A stretch of DNA of 64,000 nt from an uncultured cyanobacterium (GTDB taxonomy: Bacteria; Cyanobacteriota; Cyanobacteriia; Cyanobacteriales; CAWCAG01). Below are positions 40,266 through 50,185 of the stretch, one piece after another (within the stretch, counting starts at the first letter, position 1; each line of letters opens with the position of its first letter). The position numbers and the translations under genes were made by a program. Location: contig CAWDOD010000006.1 of assembly GCA_963803805.1 (NCBI GenBank), positions 224,001-288,000 on the forward strand, written 5' to 3'. The notes below the pieces were generated by a model. That model was not told the origin of the DNA. It saw only the letters and a list, made by a program, of their open reading frames with translations, and made no database searches.

Positions 40266-40748
40266 TTACCCTCCGTATTGCCAACCTGTCTTCTCTAACA
40301 ATAGAGGTTCCCCTTCGCGATGAACCCCAGCAGCAATAACCTCACCGACATAAACAGTATGATCTCCTTCTTCCACTGTACCTACAACTTTGCATTCTAT
40401 ATAACCCAGGGAATCGGAAATAATCGGACAACCAGTTTCTTCCCCTAAATAAAACTCTACATCCGCTAGCTTATCTCCCACACGACTTTGGGGTTTAAAA
40501 AACTTTGCTGCAACATCTTTTTGGTTACTATCTAAAAAACTAAGGGTAAAAACACCACTCTTTTTAATCATTTCGTGAGAACCTGAACTTTGGTTAACAC
40601 AATTAACTACCAAAGGGGGTTTGAAAGAAGACTGCATTACCCAACTAGCAGTAAAACCATTAAGTTCCTCACCATCTTTAACACCACAAATATATAAACC
40701 GTGGGGAATTTTCCGTAAAATAGTTTTTTTTGCTTGTTCGTCTAACAA
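40266..40748 (-). CDS. Flavin reductase family protein
   Basis: NGFTASWVMQSSFKPP and GDHTVYVGEV. Confidence 0.9.
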   Translation of the reverse strand: MLDEQAKKTILRKIPHGLYICGVKDGEELNGFTASWVMQSSFKPPLVVNCVNQSSGSHEMIKKSGVFTLSFLDSNQKDVAAKFFKPQSRVGDKLADVEFYLGEETGCPIISDSLGYIECKVVGTVEEGDHTVYVGEVIAAGVHREGEPLLLEKTGWQYGG

Positions 40749-40875
40749 AATTGTTCTCCGCTATTTTCAGTCTAGCTATAGTTATGCTAATCAAATTGTA
40801 AATTAATCCCTACCGCTCTGACTCAACTTAAGCGATCGCATCTTGAGGAGAAATATCTTTGAGTTATAGTTATCA

Positions 40876-41667
40876 CTAAAGCGATCGCAGTTTTTGCTCC
40901 TTCAACCACCTATCAACCCAAACCTGTTCTTCTTCCGACAACGATGGTACTGGCTCTTGATTGTAATCTATCAACAAATCATAGCTGGCTTGGTCATAGA
41001 CATTTTGCAACAATAATTGTAAATCGATCAATGGTTCACTATCTCCCGGTTTGAGAGGCAAGGGGAATGGGGGAATAGCCTCTGGCAAATTAAATCCATA
41101 CAAATCAGCTAAAGGACGACTCTCGCCTCTACTTACTAAAATTCGATAATGGGTTTGAATATTGCTGCGATAAACTACCATTGGTTTTTCCTTACGCAGC
41201 AAATCAATCTCTATTAAATTAGTTGAACTACCTAAAACTTTATGGCGTTTACTTTCATATTGTTTACGCCCTTCTCCAGAACGTTTATTAACCGGAGAGA
41301 GTATTTCAATGGCTGTTACCACTTCGTTAGTAACAACTTCCCGTACTTCTAAATAACCTTGCTTAAGGGTTTCCGGTACAGGAACTTCTACTGTTTGGGG
41401 TTTGGTAGGGGCTTGAGCTACCGCAACATTAGCCGTTGGTTCTTTAGTTGTTCCCTGTGACCCTTTAACAGTTAAATCAGGAATGCCGACGAGTAAAGAT
41501 TCTTCCCCAGTGGTTTCATACATACGCACCTCAACCGCAACTCGGTATTTAGGACGAAGTTGGGGAGATAGGAATCTAGCCAGTTCAATAATCAACCAAT
41601 GATGTACTCCTGGCCAAACTTCTGGATGTTCTAGGTAAGGGTTCATTCCTGGAAAAGGGGAAACCAT
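40876..41667 (-). CDS. DUF4058-family protein (PD-(D/E)XK-like)
   Basis: SPFPGMNPYLE, IPD, IEILSPVNK and LIEIDLLR. Confidence 0.88.
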   Translation of the reverse strand: MVSPFPGMNPYLEHPEVWPGVHHWLIIELARFLSPQLRPKYRVAVEVRMYETTGEESLLVGIPDLTVKGSQGTTKEPTANVAVAQAPTKPQTVEVPVPETLKQGYLEVREVVTNEVVTAIEILSPVNKRSGEGRKQYESKRHKVLGSSTNLIEIDLLRKEKPMVVYRSNIQTHYRILVSRGESRPLADLYGFNLPEAIPPFPLPLKPGDSEPLIDLQLLLQNVYDQASYDLLIDYNQEPVPSLSEEEQVWVDRWLKEQKLRSL

Positions 41668-41740
41668 AGGAATCTCTTCTCTTTGGGTTTGTTTTTTAAT
41701 TTTATCGTCAGAGTTGTTTTACAGAAAGTGAAAGAAAGCA

Positions 41741-42640
41741 TCAACTATGGGAACTTTTCTCTAACAGCCACTCTTGTAAAATCGGATTAACCACTTCTGG
41801 CGCTTCATCTTGGGGACAGTGACCCAAACCGGGTAAAGGAATAAACTTTTCTACCGTCGGAAATTTAGCAAAATCTCTACCCAACTCTACAGGTTCCCAA
41901 GGGTCTTCCTCCCCCCAGAGAATAATAGCAGGGCATTGAAGTAGGGGTAAAAGTTCTTCTGGTAAAGGGCCTTGGGAATAACTAGTAAAAGCCACAAAAA
42001 CGTCTGCCGCCCCCGAATTAGTAGCCGGTTTCATCAGCAGATCAATTAATTCATCGCTCACAGCTTCAGAGCGCTTATAGGCTTTCAAGAGAATTTTGCG
42101 CACAACCTTCGGCTTCGCTAATTGCTGAAAAAAGAAATCACCAATCAACTTTTTGGTCAACAATTTTTGTAATAAAGGAGCGCCCAAACGACGATACCAA
42201 GGCATTTCTCCTCGTTTACTATCATGAAGGAGACGTAAAGAACAGTTAATTAAAGCTACCCCTAAAATTAAATCAGGATTATCTACTGCTGTCTGCATCG
42301 CCACTAGACAACCAATCGAATTACCAACTAAAAAAGCTGGTTCCCCCACCACTTCTCGGCAAAAATCTGCAACCTGCTGTCCCCAAGTGGCAAAATTGTA
42401 GCTAATCTCGACCCCAGGAGTCGGTTTTGCTGCGCCTCCAAAACCAATTAAATCCAAGGCATAACAGCGACAAGTTTGACCTAACACAGGTAAATTTTTC
42501 CGCCAATGTCCCCAAGAAGCACCAAAACCATGGATTAAAACCACTGCTGGGCCTTTTGTGCCGCTACTTTGGTAAGTGATGGAATAATTACACCAAGTCC
42601 AACTTTTTTCCTTACTTAGGTCACTTATGGTTAAATTCAT
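41741..42640 (-). CDS. Alpha/beta-fold hydrolase
   Basis: HGFGAS, GNSIG and GHCPQDEAP. Confidence 0.92.
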   Translation of the reverse strand: MNLTISDLSKEKSWTWCNYSITYQSSGTKGPAVVLIHGFGASWGHWRKNLPVLGQTCRCYALDLIGFGGAAKPTPGVEISYNFATWGQQVADFCREVVGEPAFLVGNSIGCLVAMQTAVDNPDLILGVALINCSLRLLHDSKRGEMPWYRRLGAPLLQKLLTKKLIGDFFFQQLAKPKVVRKILLKAYKRSEAVSDELIDLLMKPATNSGAADVFVAFTSYSQGPLPEELLPLLQCPAIILWGEEDPWEPVELGRDFAKFPTVEKFIPLPGLGHCPQDEAPEVVNPILQEWLLEKSSHS

Positions 42641-42775
42641 TTTGGGCTGGAGATTAATGTTACATTACTTTATATATATTAAACATACTGAACAAACTCT
42701 CATTACCAAGATTTAACCGCATTTTCGTAAACATCCTCTAAGATTGATTTAATCTAGCGCGAACCTTTCTTAGTA

Positions 42776-43684
42776 ATGCTTTTGCAATCTTCTTCAGCGG
42801 TGCTTCCTTTTATTGGTTCGGAGGTAAATAAACCCTACAACCAAGCCCAGGCAGTTATTTTGCCTATTCCCTATGAAGCAACTACTACCTATCGAAAAGG
42901 CTGTAAACATGGGCCCGCCTCCATTCTCGAAGCCTCAGACCAACTGGAATATTATGACATTGAACTAGACTGGGAGATTTGCTGGGATGTGGGCATCTAT
43001 ACCCACCCCCCTATAGCTGATAGTCGTGGTAGTCCTTTAATTACTCCAGAAGAGATGTTACGAGTAACCAAAGAGATTATTTCATCCTTTATGACTGATG
43101 GTAAGTTCGTTATTACTTTAGGAGGAGAACATAGCATAACGGCGGGCATTGTCCAAGGCTACCAAGAAATACTTCCAGAACCATTTACCGTAGTTCAAAT
43201 TGATGCCCACGGAGATTTACGCTACGAATATGAAGGTTCTATTTATAACCATGCCTGTGTAATGCGACGTATAAAAGACATGGGTTTACCGACTCTTGGT
43301 GTAGGTATTCGTAGCATTTGTGCCGAAGAAGCCCAATTAATTAAAGAACAACAAATTCCTATAATTTGGGCTAGGGATATAGCTGCTAAAAAAAATTGGT
43401 TAGAAGAGGCGATCGCACTTATTTCCACCCCCAAAGTATTTATTACCATTGATTTAGATGGTTTAGATCCCACTTTGATGCCAGGGGTAGGAACCCCAGA
43501 GCCTGGGGGACTAGAATGGTACTCCCTCACTAGTTTCTTAAGGCAAGTATTTGCTAACTATGAAGTCATTGGTTGCGATGTAATGGAGTTAGCCCCAGTT
43601 GCCGACTCCGTTGTTTCTCAATTCAGTGCTGCTAAGCTAGTTTACAAATTAATTGGTTATCAAGCTTTCTATAAAAACAACTAA
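42776..43684 (+). CDS. speB: Agmatinase (ureohydrolase family)
   Basis: GGEHS, DAHGD and DLDGLDP..PGVGTPEPGG. Confidence 0.9.
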   Translation: MLLQSSSAVLPFIGSEVNKPYNQAQAVILPIPYEATTTYRKGCKHGPASILEASDQLEYYDIELDWEICWDVGIYTHPPIADSRGSPLITPEEMLRVTKEIISSFMTDGKFVITLGGEHSITAGIVQGYQEILPEPFTVVQIDAHGDLRYEYEGSIYNHACVMRRIKDMGLPTLGVGIRSICAEEAQLIKEQQIPIIWARDIAAKKNWLEEAIALISTPKVFITIDLDGLDPTLMPGVGTPEPGGLEWYSLTSFLRQVFANYEVIGCDVMELAPVADSVVSQFSAAKLVYKLIGYQAFYKNN

Positions 43685-43731
43685 TTTTTGCTTCTAAATC
43701 AATAATGAATGACTGATAAAAGGAAAAACCT

Positions 43732-44280
43732 ATGATCGTCGAGCCGCAAATCAGCCCTATTGGTCAATATGCTCCAGACTTTGAACTTCCAGGAGTTGAT
43801 GGCCAAGTTCATCATTTAGCCCGCTACTTAGAACAATTTGCTTTGGTAGGAGTGATTTTTCTGAGCAATCAATGTAAATATGTTAACCAATACCTTCCTT
43901 ATTTAAAAGAAATTCAAGCTCAATTTAAACCCCAAAACTTTACTCTCATTGGTATCAACCCTAACGATAGCCAACAAATTCCTGAAGATAGTTTTGAGGA
44001 GATGAGAAGTTTTGCGACCCAAAATCAATTAAACTTTCCTTATCTACGAGATCCTAACCAAGATGTTGCTCGTGGTTTTCAAGCCCAAACTACAGCAGAA
44101 GCATTTCTGATTGATCAACAGGGCATACTAAGATATACAGGGGGAATTAAGAATAATCCGGAATCCCCAGACAGGGTGCAGAAGTCATATTTATATCAAG
44201 CGATCACCACTTTATTAAGTGGGGAAAACCTGGTAACAACCTCCACAAAAGCTATCGGTAGCCCTCTTAAGTGGCGCTAA
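43732..44280 (+). CDS. Thioredoxin-fold AhpC/TSA family protein
   Basis: APDFELPG, LNFPYLRD and AFLIDQQGILRYTG. Confidence 0.85.
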   Translation: MIVEPQISPIGQYAPDFELPGVDGQVHHLARYLEQFALVGVIFLSNQCKYVNQYLPYLKEIQAQFKPQNFTLIGINPNDSQQIPEDSFEEMRSFATQNQLNFPYLRDPNQDVARGFQAQTTAEAFLIDQQGILRYTGGIKNNPESPDRVQKSYLYQAITTLLSGENLVTTSTKAIGSPLKWR

Positions 44281-44379
44281 AGTCATCACAATCACTTTAA
44301 AAAGATTGAATGGCGAAAAACTGGTATCTTAATGTGGAGGCTAACTAAAAACAACAATTATTAGTCGCATTTTTCCTAG

Positions 44380-45102
44380 ATGACTTACCACCGGGTATTA
44401 TTAAAACTAAGCGGCGAAGCCTTGATGGGTGACTTGGGTTATGGCATTGATCCCAAAGTTGTAGCCGACATCGCTCAAGAAATCTCAGAAGTTGTTAAAA
44501 GCGGCGTTCAAATGGCAATCGTCGTTGGCGGTGGCAACATTTTTCGTGGCGTGAAAGCTTCTGCTGCTGGCATGGATCGAGCAACGGCTGATTATGTTGG
44601 TATGATTGCTACGGTAATGAATGCCATGACTTTGCAAGATGCCCTAGAGCAAATTGGCATACCCACAAGGGTACAAACCGCCATCGCCATGCAAGAAATA
44701 GCTGAACCCTATATCCGACGGCGAGCAATCCGCCATTTGGAAAGAGGGCGAGTAGTGATTTTTGGTGCAGGTTCAGGGAACCCTTTCTTCACCACTGATA
44801 CTACAGCCGCTCTAAGAGCTGCAGAAATTGATGCAGAGGTTATATTTAAAGGTACAAAAGTAGATGGGGTTTACGATTCAGATCCTGTAGTAAACCCCAA
44901 AGCTAAACGCTATTCTAGCCTTACCTACGGTCATGTTTTAGCTAAAGACCTACGGGTAATGGATGGCACAGCGATCGCCCTATGCAAAGAGAACGACATT
45001 CCTATTGTAATATTTGACCTGTCAGTTAAGGGTAATATCATCCGTTCTGTACAGGGAGAAACCATAGGAACAATTGTGGGAGGTTTCTGTGAAATTAAGT
45101 GA
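44380..45102 (+). CDS. pyrH: UMP kinase
   Basis: [17 protein letters not shown] and GNPFFTTDT. Confidence 0.97.
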   Translation: MTYHRVLLKLSGEALMGDLGYGIDPKVVADIAQEISEVVKSGVQMAIVVGGGNIFRGVKASAAGMDRATADYVGMIATVMNAMTLQDALEQIGIPTRVQTAIAMQEIAEPYIRRRAIRHLERGRVVIFGAGSGNPFFTTDTTAALRAAEIDAEVIFKGTKVDGVYDSDPVVNPKAKRYSSLTYGHVLAKDLRVMDGTAIALCKENDIPIVIFDLSVKGNIIRSVQGETIGTIVGGFCEIK

Positions 45103-45637
45103 AGTTGAACAACAGATGCAAAAGACCATTGAATCAACTCAAAGGTCTTTTAATACTATTCGTACCGGTCGTGCTAGTACCAGCTTACTCGACCGGATCA
45201 TGGTTGAGTACTATGGTATGGAGACACCATTAAAATCTTTGGCTAACATTAGCACTCCTGATGCTAGTACTATTGCTATTCAAGCCTATGACAAAGGTAG
45301 TTTAGCTCAAATCGAAAAGGCCATTTCTATGTCTGACTTGGGCTTAACCCCCAACAATGACGGCGAACTAATCCGCTTAAATATTCCCCCTTTAACAAGC
45401 GAACGGCGTAAAGAATTGGTCAAATTAACAGGGAAACTAGCAGAAGAGGGGAAAGTCGCTTTACGTAATATTCGTCGGGATGCTATTGATTCTGTTCGTA
45501 AGCAGGAAAAAGATAATCAAATTTCTGAAGACGAGTCTAGAGATTATCAAGATAACGTTCAGAAAGTTACTGACAAATATACTAGTAAGATTGATGCCTT
45601 ACTAGCAGAAAAAGAAAAAGACATTACTTCTGTTTGA
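45089..45637 (+). CDS. frr: Ribosome recycling factor
   Basis: [18 protein letters not shown] and RNIRRD; GTG 45089 follows GGAGG and overlaps the pyrH stop. Confidence 0.97.
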   Translation: MKLSEVEQQMQKTIESTQRSFNTIRTGRASTSLLDRIMVEYYGMETPLKSLANISTPDASTIAIQAYDKGSLAQIEKAISMSDLGLTPNNDGELIRLNIPPLTSERRKELVKLTGKLAEEGKVALRNIRRDAIDSVRKQEKDNQISEDESRDYQDNVQKVTDKYTSKIDALLAEKEKDITSV

Positions 45638-45673
45638 TTTGATCAAGATGTACATTTTAATACTTGGGTTTAT

Positions 45674-45737
45674 GCTAATGGCTAATAGCTAATAGCTAAT
45701 GGCTAAGAGTTAATATTTTTTTACTCTTAGCTATTTT
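45674..45737 (+). terminator. GCTAAT(A/G) heptamer repeats forming a hairpin after frr; possible terminator
   Basis: GCTAATR x4, then GCTAAGAGT ... ACTCTTAGC followed by TATTTT. Confidence 0.45.
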
Positions 45738-45779
45738 GCTTCAGATTGCAAAAAATAACTAACAAAACAAAATAATAAA

Positions 45780-46913
45780 ATGCTTGATTGCCTTATTGTG
45801 GGTGCTGGGCCTGCGGGAAGTACAGCCGCATATCATCTGGCCAAAAAAGGACATTCTGTCTTGGTTTTAGAAAAAGAAACCTTACCCCGCTATAAACCTT
45901 GTGGTGGTGGTGTTTCTCCTGCTGTTGCTCAGTGGTTTGACTTTGATTTTCAACCAGTTATTACAGCTACAGTTAACCAAGTACGCTATAGCTGGAAATC
46001 AGGGGATGTTGTAGAAGTACCTTTAAACAGTCCTCAGCCTATGTGGATGGTACACAGAGAAGAATTTGACCAGTTTCTGATCGAGCGGGCTAAGGAGCAA
46101 GGAGCAGAGGTTAAACAAGGAACAGAAGTCACTGGAGTGGAAGCAAAGGAAGATAATGTTACTGTAACCACTTCTACCGGAAGTTTTGATGCTCGTTATT
46201 TAATCGCCGCAGATGGAGCCAATGGCCCTTTAGCACCATGGTTAGGCTTAAAATCTAGTAAGCAGTGTTTAGCTGCTAGTTTAGAAATAGAAGCGACTGT
46301 TTCCCCAGAAAATAGTCAAACGGCTCACTTTGACTTCGGTTCCCTCAAAAATGGACAAATTTGGCTCTTTCCTAAAGCCAATGGTTACTCAATTAGTGGG
46401 GGGTTTTTGGGGGGGAAAGGTAAGGAAAAGGAATTAGAAAAGCAATTAAAAAACTTTGCTACTGGATTGGGTTTAGATATTAGCAATAGTAAGTACCACC
46501 AAAGCTGTATGAACCTGTGGACAGAAAACAAAACCCTACATACCTCAAACGCTCTTTTAGTAGGAGAAACTGCTGGTCTTGTCGATCCTCTTACTGCTGA
46601 AGGAATTCGTCCTTCCATATTTAGCGGCATGAAAGCAGCAGAAGCGATTGGTGAAGCTTTAGGAGGTAAAAGGGAAGCTTTAGGGGAGTATACCAAAGTT
46701 ATTGAACAAGAATGGGGTTCTGATTGAGTTCTTGCTCAACGTCTGGCAGGATTGTTTTATAAATTTCCTAAAATTGCTTACAAAGTGGGAGTTAAAAGAC
46801 CTAGCGCCGGTCAACTAATGAGTAAAGTTCTCTGTGGAGAATTGCGTTACTCTGATGTAACTGAAAAGGCCATGCAACGTTTTAAAAGCAGTTTGATACC
46901 AGGGCGAGGTTGA
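45780..46913 (+). CDS. Geranylgeranyl reductase-family FAD oxidoreductase with an in-frame TGA at 46725-46727
   Basis: GAGPAG, RYKPCGGG, IAADG and EGIRPS; the same frame continues VLAQRLAGLFY...LCGELRYSDV...PGRG to TGA 46911-46913. Confidence 0.85.
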
Positions 46914-46977
46914 GATTAACAGGTTGACTAGGAGATGGGGAGAAGTAATAACTAAAGAATGTACTATTGCCTATTTA

Positions 46978-47989
46978 ACGTGAGTTCGACGGAGGAAAAA
47001 GAGAGAAAAGAAAAGCATCAGAGGTATGCTGAAAATGAATCTTAATCAGAATCTGATGCTATGTCCAATATTGTATCTCGTCTCGATATCACCCAAATAT
47101 TCTGTCAGGTAGATGACTTTTATCAAAGGTTTGAGAGGCATTGGCAACAACAGCCAATGTTAACAGCAACTTGTGGAGAGCGTCTATGTCGCTCCCGCCT
47201 AAGCCTAAGCGAAGTGATGACCATTGTCATTGCCTTTCATGGTTCGGGATTTCGCACTTTTAAAGAATTTTACACTCTACAAGTCTTGCCTTACTGGAAG
47301 AAAGCTTTTCCCAACTTGGTCAGTTACACTCGATTCGTAGAGCTAATGCCGTGGAGCTTAATGCTTCTTTGCTGTTTTCTACATACTCTTCGAGGAGAAA
47401 TTACCGGCATCAGCTTTATTGATTCTACCCCCATTGAGGTCTGCCACCCGAATCGCTCCAAAAGCCACCGTGTTTTTGAAGGTTTGGTAGGTTGGGGCAA
47501 AAATGCTATGGGATGGCATTATGGCTTCAAGCTACATCTAATTATTAATGACAAAGGTGAGCTGCTTGCTTTCAAACTTACAGAGGGTAATACTGATGAC
47601 CGTAACCCTGTGCCAGATATGGCTGATGGCTTGATTGGTAAGTTATTTGGCGACCGAGGTTATATTTCTCAGGATTTGTTTGAGAAACTCTATGAACAAA
47701 GACTACAACTGATTACACACCGCAAGAAAAATATGAAGCCGAAGTTAATGCGTCTTCAGGATAAGATTCTCCTACGTAAGCGTTCTCTGATTGAGACTGT
47801 TAATGACCAGCTCAAGAATATCTGTCAGATTCAGCATTCAAGACACCGTAGCGTTTGGAATTTTTTGGTTAATCTCTTAGCTGGTCTAATCGCTTATACT
47901 TTCTTGCCCAAAAAGCCTTCCCTTGACCTTGACCCCAAAGGCCTAGCTGAACTTCCTTCTGCTGTTTTTTAACTTCATCGAACTCACGT
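46978..47989 (+). mobile_element. Complete IS982-family insertion sequence (1012 bp)
   Basis: Terminal IRs ACGTGAGTTCGACGGAG and ACGTGAGTTCGATGAAG (reverse complement of right end), 15/17 match; direct repeat TATTTA at 46972-46977 and 47990-47995. Confidence 0.93.
47061..47972 (+). CDS. IS982-family DDE transposase
   Basis: IFCQVDDF, FIDST, WHYGFKLHL, FGDRGY, RKRSLIETVNDQLK and HSRHRS. Confidence 0.95.
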   Translation: MSNIVSRLDITQIFCQVDDFYQRFERHWQQQPMLTATCGERLCRSRLSLSEVMTIVIAFHGSGFRTFKEFYTLQVLPYWKKAFPNLVSYTRFVELMPWSLMLLCCFLHTLRGEITGISFIDSTPIEVCHPNRSKSHRVFEGLVGWGKNAMGWHYGFKLHLIINDKGELLAFKLTEGNTDDRNPVPDMADGLIGKLFGDRGYISQDLFEKLYEQRLQLITHRKKNMKPKLMRLQDKILLRKRSLIETVNDQLKNICQIQHSRHRSVWNFLVNLLAGLIAYTFLPKKPSLDLDPKGLAELPSAVF

Positions 47990-48005
47990 TATTTACTATT
48001 CTCTG

Positions 48006-49805
48006 TCAAAACTGATAACCTGCTCGAAAATAGAAGCCATTATCTTGGGCATTTTCTCCCCGATCCTCTAGATCAATTAAAGGTACACCGTAATCGAGTC
48101 GTATATTAAAATTCGGTAGCGGTGTCCAAAGAATTCCTGCACCAATGCCCATAATAAAGGTTTGATCTGGTAAAGGATTACTGTTTTGCTCAGAATTCCA
48201 GACCCAACCAAGATCCAAAAAGGGAGCAAATTGAAAAGTAGGAATTCCTGCTTCATCTCTTTCTAAGGTAATCCTATCTTCCACAGAAAAGCGTACCCCA
48301 CTATCTCCGGCGCGGACATTTTGGCGAAAACCTCGTACCGATTGCCCACCACCAATGACAAATTGTTGGGAAGAAAGTAAGCCATCTCCAGCTAGTTGTA
48401 CATCCAGCGAACCAATGAGAAAGTTGTTTTCATTAATAACCTGAACCCTTTGAATTTGACCCAACCAACTAAAAAATTGACCGTCAGGCAGTCTAGGTTC
48501 GGAGTTTTCTGTAGCCCCAAATAGTGCTGTACCTATGCTAAGTTGGGATCTAAAAGCCCAAGACCCAGAGGGTTGGCGCAATAAATAATCTTGACCAAAT
48601 TTGAAAACACTGGTGGTAGTAATCCCTTCATCATTAGGCCCAAAACCAAAAGGAGTTGGTCCAGCAAAGGTAAAAGTTTGGCCGTCTTGATAGGTGAAAC
48701 CTAAAGATAAAGCTAGTTCTTCACGGGGTGTTCTAACTAAAGGTTGGCGATAACTAACTTCATATAATTCTGATTCTCCCCTAATACCTAGTGCCTTAAA
48801 ATCTTCTATGACTACTTCATTGCGGTTCAAAGAAGCCCTCAACTGTACTGTGCCATTCATGGGGTTAACAGGCAAGCGATAGCTTACATCTAAGGTGTCT
48901 GCCCCGTTCCTCGTTGTGTGGCTAAAAGCAACCCCTAAGCTATCTCCGTTACCGGTGAGGTTGGCATTACTGAGGTTAGCGACTATTCTTTCTGAACCAA
49001 CACTAGGGGGAGAATAGTTATCAATGCTTAGACCCCCTGACCAGGGATTAGCTTCTGTTACCCTAACTACTAAAATAGATTGGCTAGGATTGCTACCAGT
49101 ACGGAGATTAGCTTCTACATTATCTAAAAGGGGATCAGCCCGTAGCAGGCGTAGTTGATCTTCCAAGTCGCTGGTATTTAAGGGTTTACCAGTTCCTAAT
49201 TCCACGCGCCCACGTATGTAACCCTCTTTTAAGCGTTCAGTTCCTTCAATTTCAATAGCTTCCAAGCTACCTTCAACCACCTGAATTGTTACAGTACCGT
49301 CAGGAGTAATGTTGTTTTGGTCTAAAATTGCCCTAGAAGTAATGTAGCCTTGTTCTAAATAGCGCTGGGTAATGGCATCGGTGGCTTCTTGGAGTTGTTG
49401 TAAAGTGACATTGCGATTTAGTAAAGGTTGGATAATATTTGCTAAATCATCTTCTTCAAAAATGCTTGTACCACTAACGATAATTGTTTTGACAGCAATG
49501 GTATCTGAGTCTTCTGGTTGGGGAGAATCTTCGGGGAGAGTTGGGGGAGATTCAGAAGGAGTCACTTCTTCTGAATCTGGTAAGGGAGAAACAGGAGGCT
49601 GAGGTTGGAGAAAGCGTTCTTCATTGGGGTCAGGTTTTTGAGCTTGGTAAGAAGTAGTAGATGGTTTAGCTAATACTGTCTGGGGGCAAAAACAAAGCAA
49701 TACCCAAGTAAGTAAAGCTGATTTATATACCTGATTAGAAAAGTTTTTTGAGGCTCTTTGAGTAGCGATGGCTACTTGCCCAAAGAACTTAAATTTTTCG
49801 CTCAT
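48006..49805 (-). CDS. ShlB/FhaC/HecB-family TpsB transporter (Omp85 superfamily)
   Basis: POTRA YLEQGYITSRA, GGGQSVRGF motif and terminal aromatic YQF. Confidence 0.92.
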   Translation of the reverse strand: MSEKFKFFGQVAIATQRASKNFSNQVYKSALLTWVLLCFCPQTVLAKPSTTSYQAQKPDPNEERFLQPQPPVSPLPDSEEVTPSESPPTLPEDSPQPEDSDTIAVKTIIVSGTSIFEEDDLANIIQPLLNRNVTLQQLQEATDAITQRYLEQGYITSRAILDQNNITPDGTVTIQVVEGSLEAIEIEGTERLKEGYIRGRVELGTGKPLNTSDLEDQLRLLRADPLLDNVEANLRTGSNPSQSILVVRVTEANPWSGGLSIDNYSPPSVGSERIVANLSNANLTGNGDSLGVAFSHTTRNGADTLDVSYRLPVNPMNGTVQLRASLNRNEVVIEDFKALGIRGESELYEVSYRQPLVRTPREELALSLGFTYQDGQTFTFAGPTPFGFGPNDEGITTTSVFKFGQDYLLRQPSGSWAFRSQLSIGTALFGATENSEPRLPDGQFFSWLGQIQRVQVINENNFLIGSLDVQLAGDGLLSSQQFVIGGGQSVRGFRQNVRAGDSGVRFSVEDRITLERDEAGIPTFQFAPFLDLGWVWNSEQNSNPLPDQTFIMGIGAGILWTPLPNFNIRLDYGVPLIDLEDRGENAQDNGFYFRAGYQF

Positions 49806-50185
49806 TTTAATTAATTTTTATAACTAAGTTATTGACTTTTGGCTCCAATACCTCTAAGTAAACCCTTAATACACAAATGAAGTAGTTAAGTAAAAAAGCA
49901 ACTATTTTGTTTCTTAATAGTAAAAGCAATCGAACTACTTCTAAAGATTATAAACGGCTCGAATAGATAATAACCTAGCTTCACATTATCACCCTGATGG
50001 TGGTGACGGAGGTTGTTAATCAATGTTCCAACAAGTTCACTACCAAAAGTAACTGTTTCTAACTTTAGATATACAGGGTTTATATTTTGATTGATCGATA
50101 AGATTTTCAAGGATTTGGCTATCATCAGTTTGGTGCAAATCATAGAAATAATTAAAGAATCTTAACTAATTAATCAGCAAATAAC

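Noticed and set aside
45650-45663. GTA-N8-TAC (GTACATTTTAATAC) NtcA-like site
   Set aside because: No TAN3T box at the expected ~22-bp spacing, and the motif is common by chance.
46725-46727. Selenocysteine or alternative genetic code at the in-frame TGA
   Set aside because: TGA ends many other genes in the window, the position is not a Cys site, and no SECIS-like hairpin is evident.
49886-50143. 85-aa ORF upstream of tpsB
   Set aside because: AT-rich intergenic DNA with no recognisable protein features.
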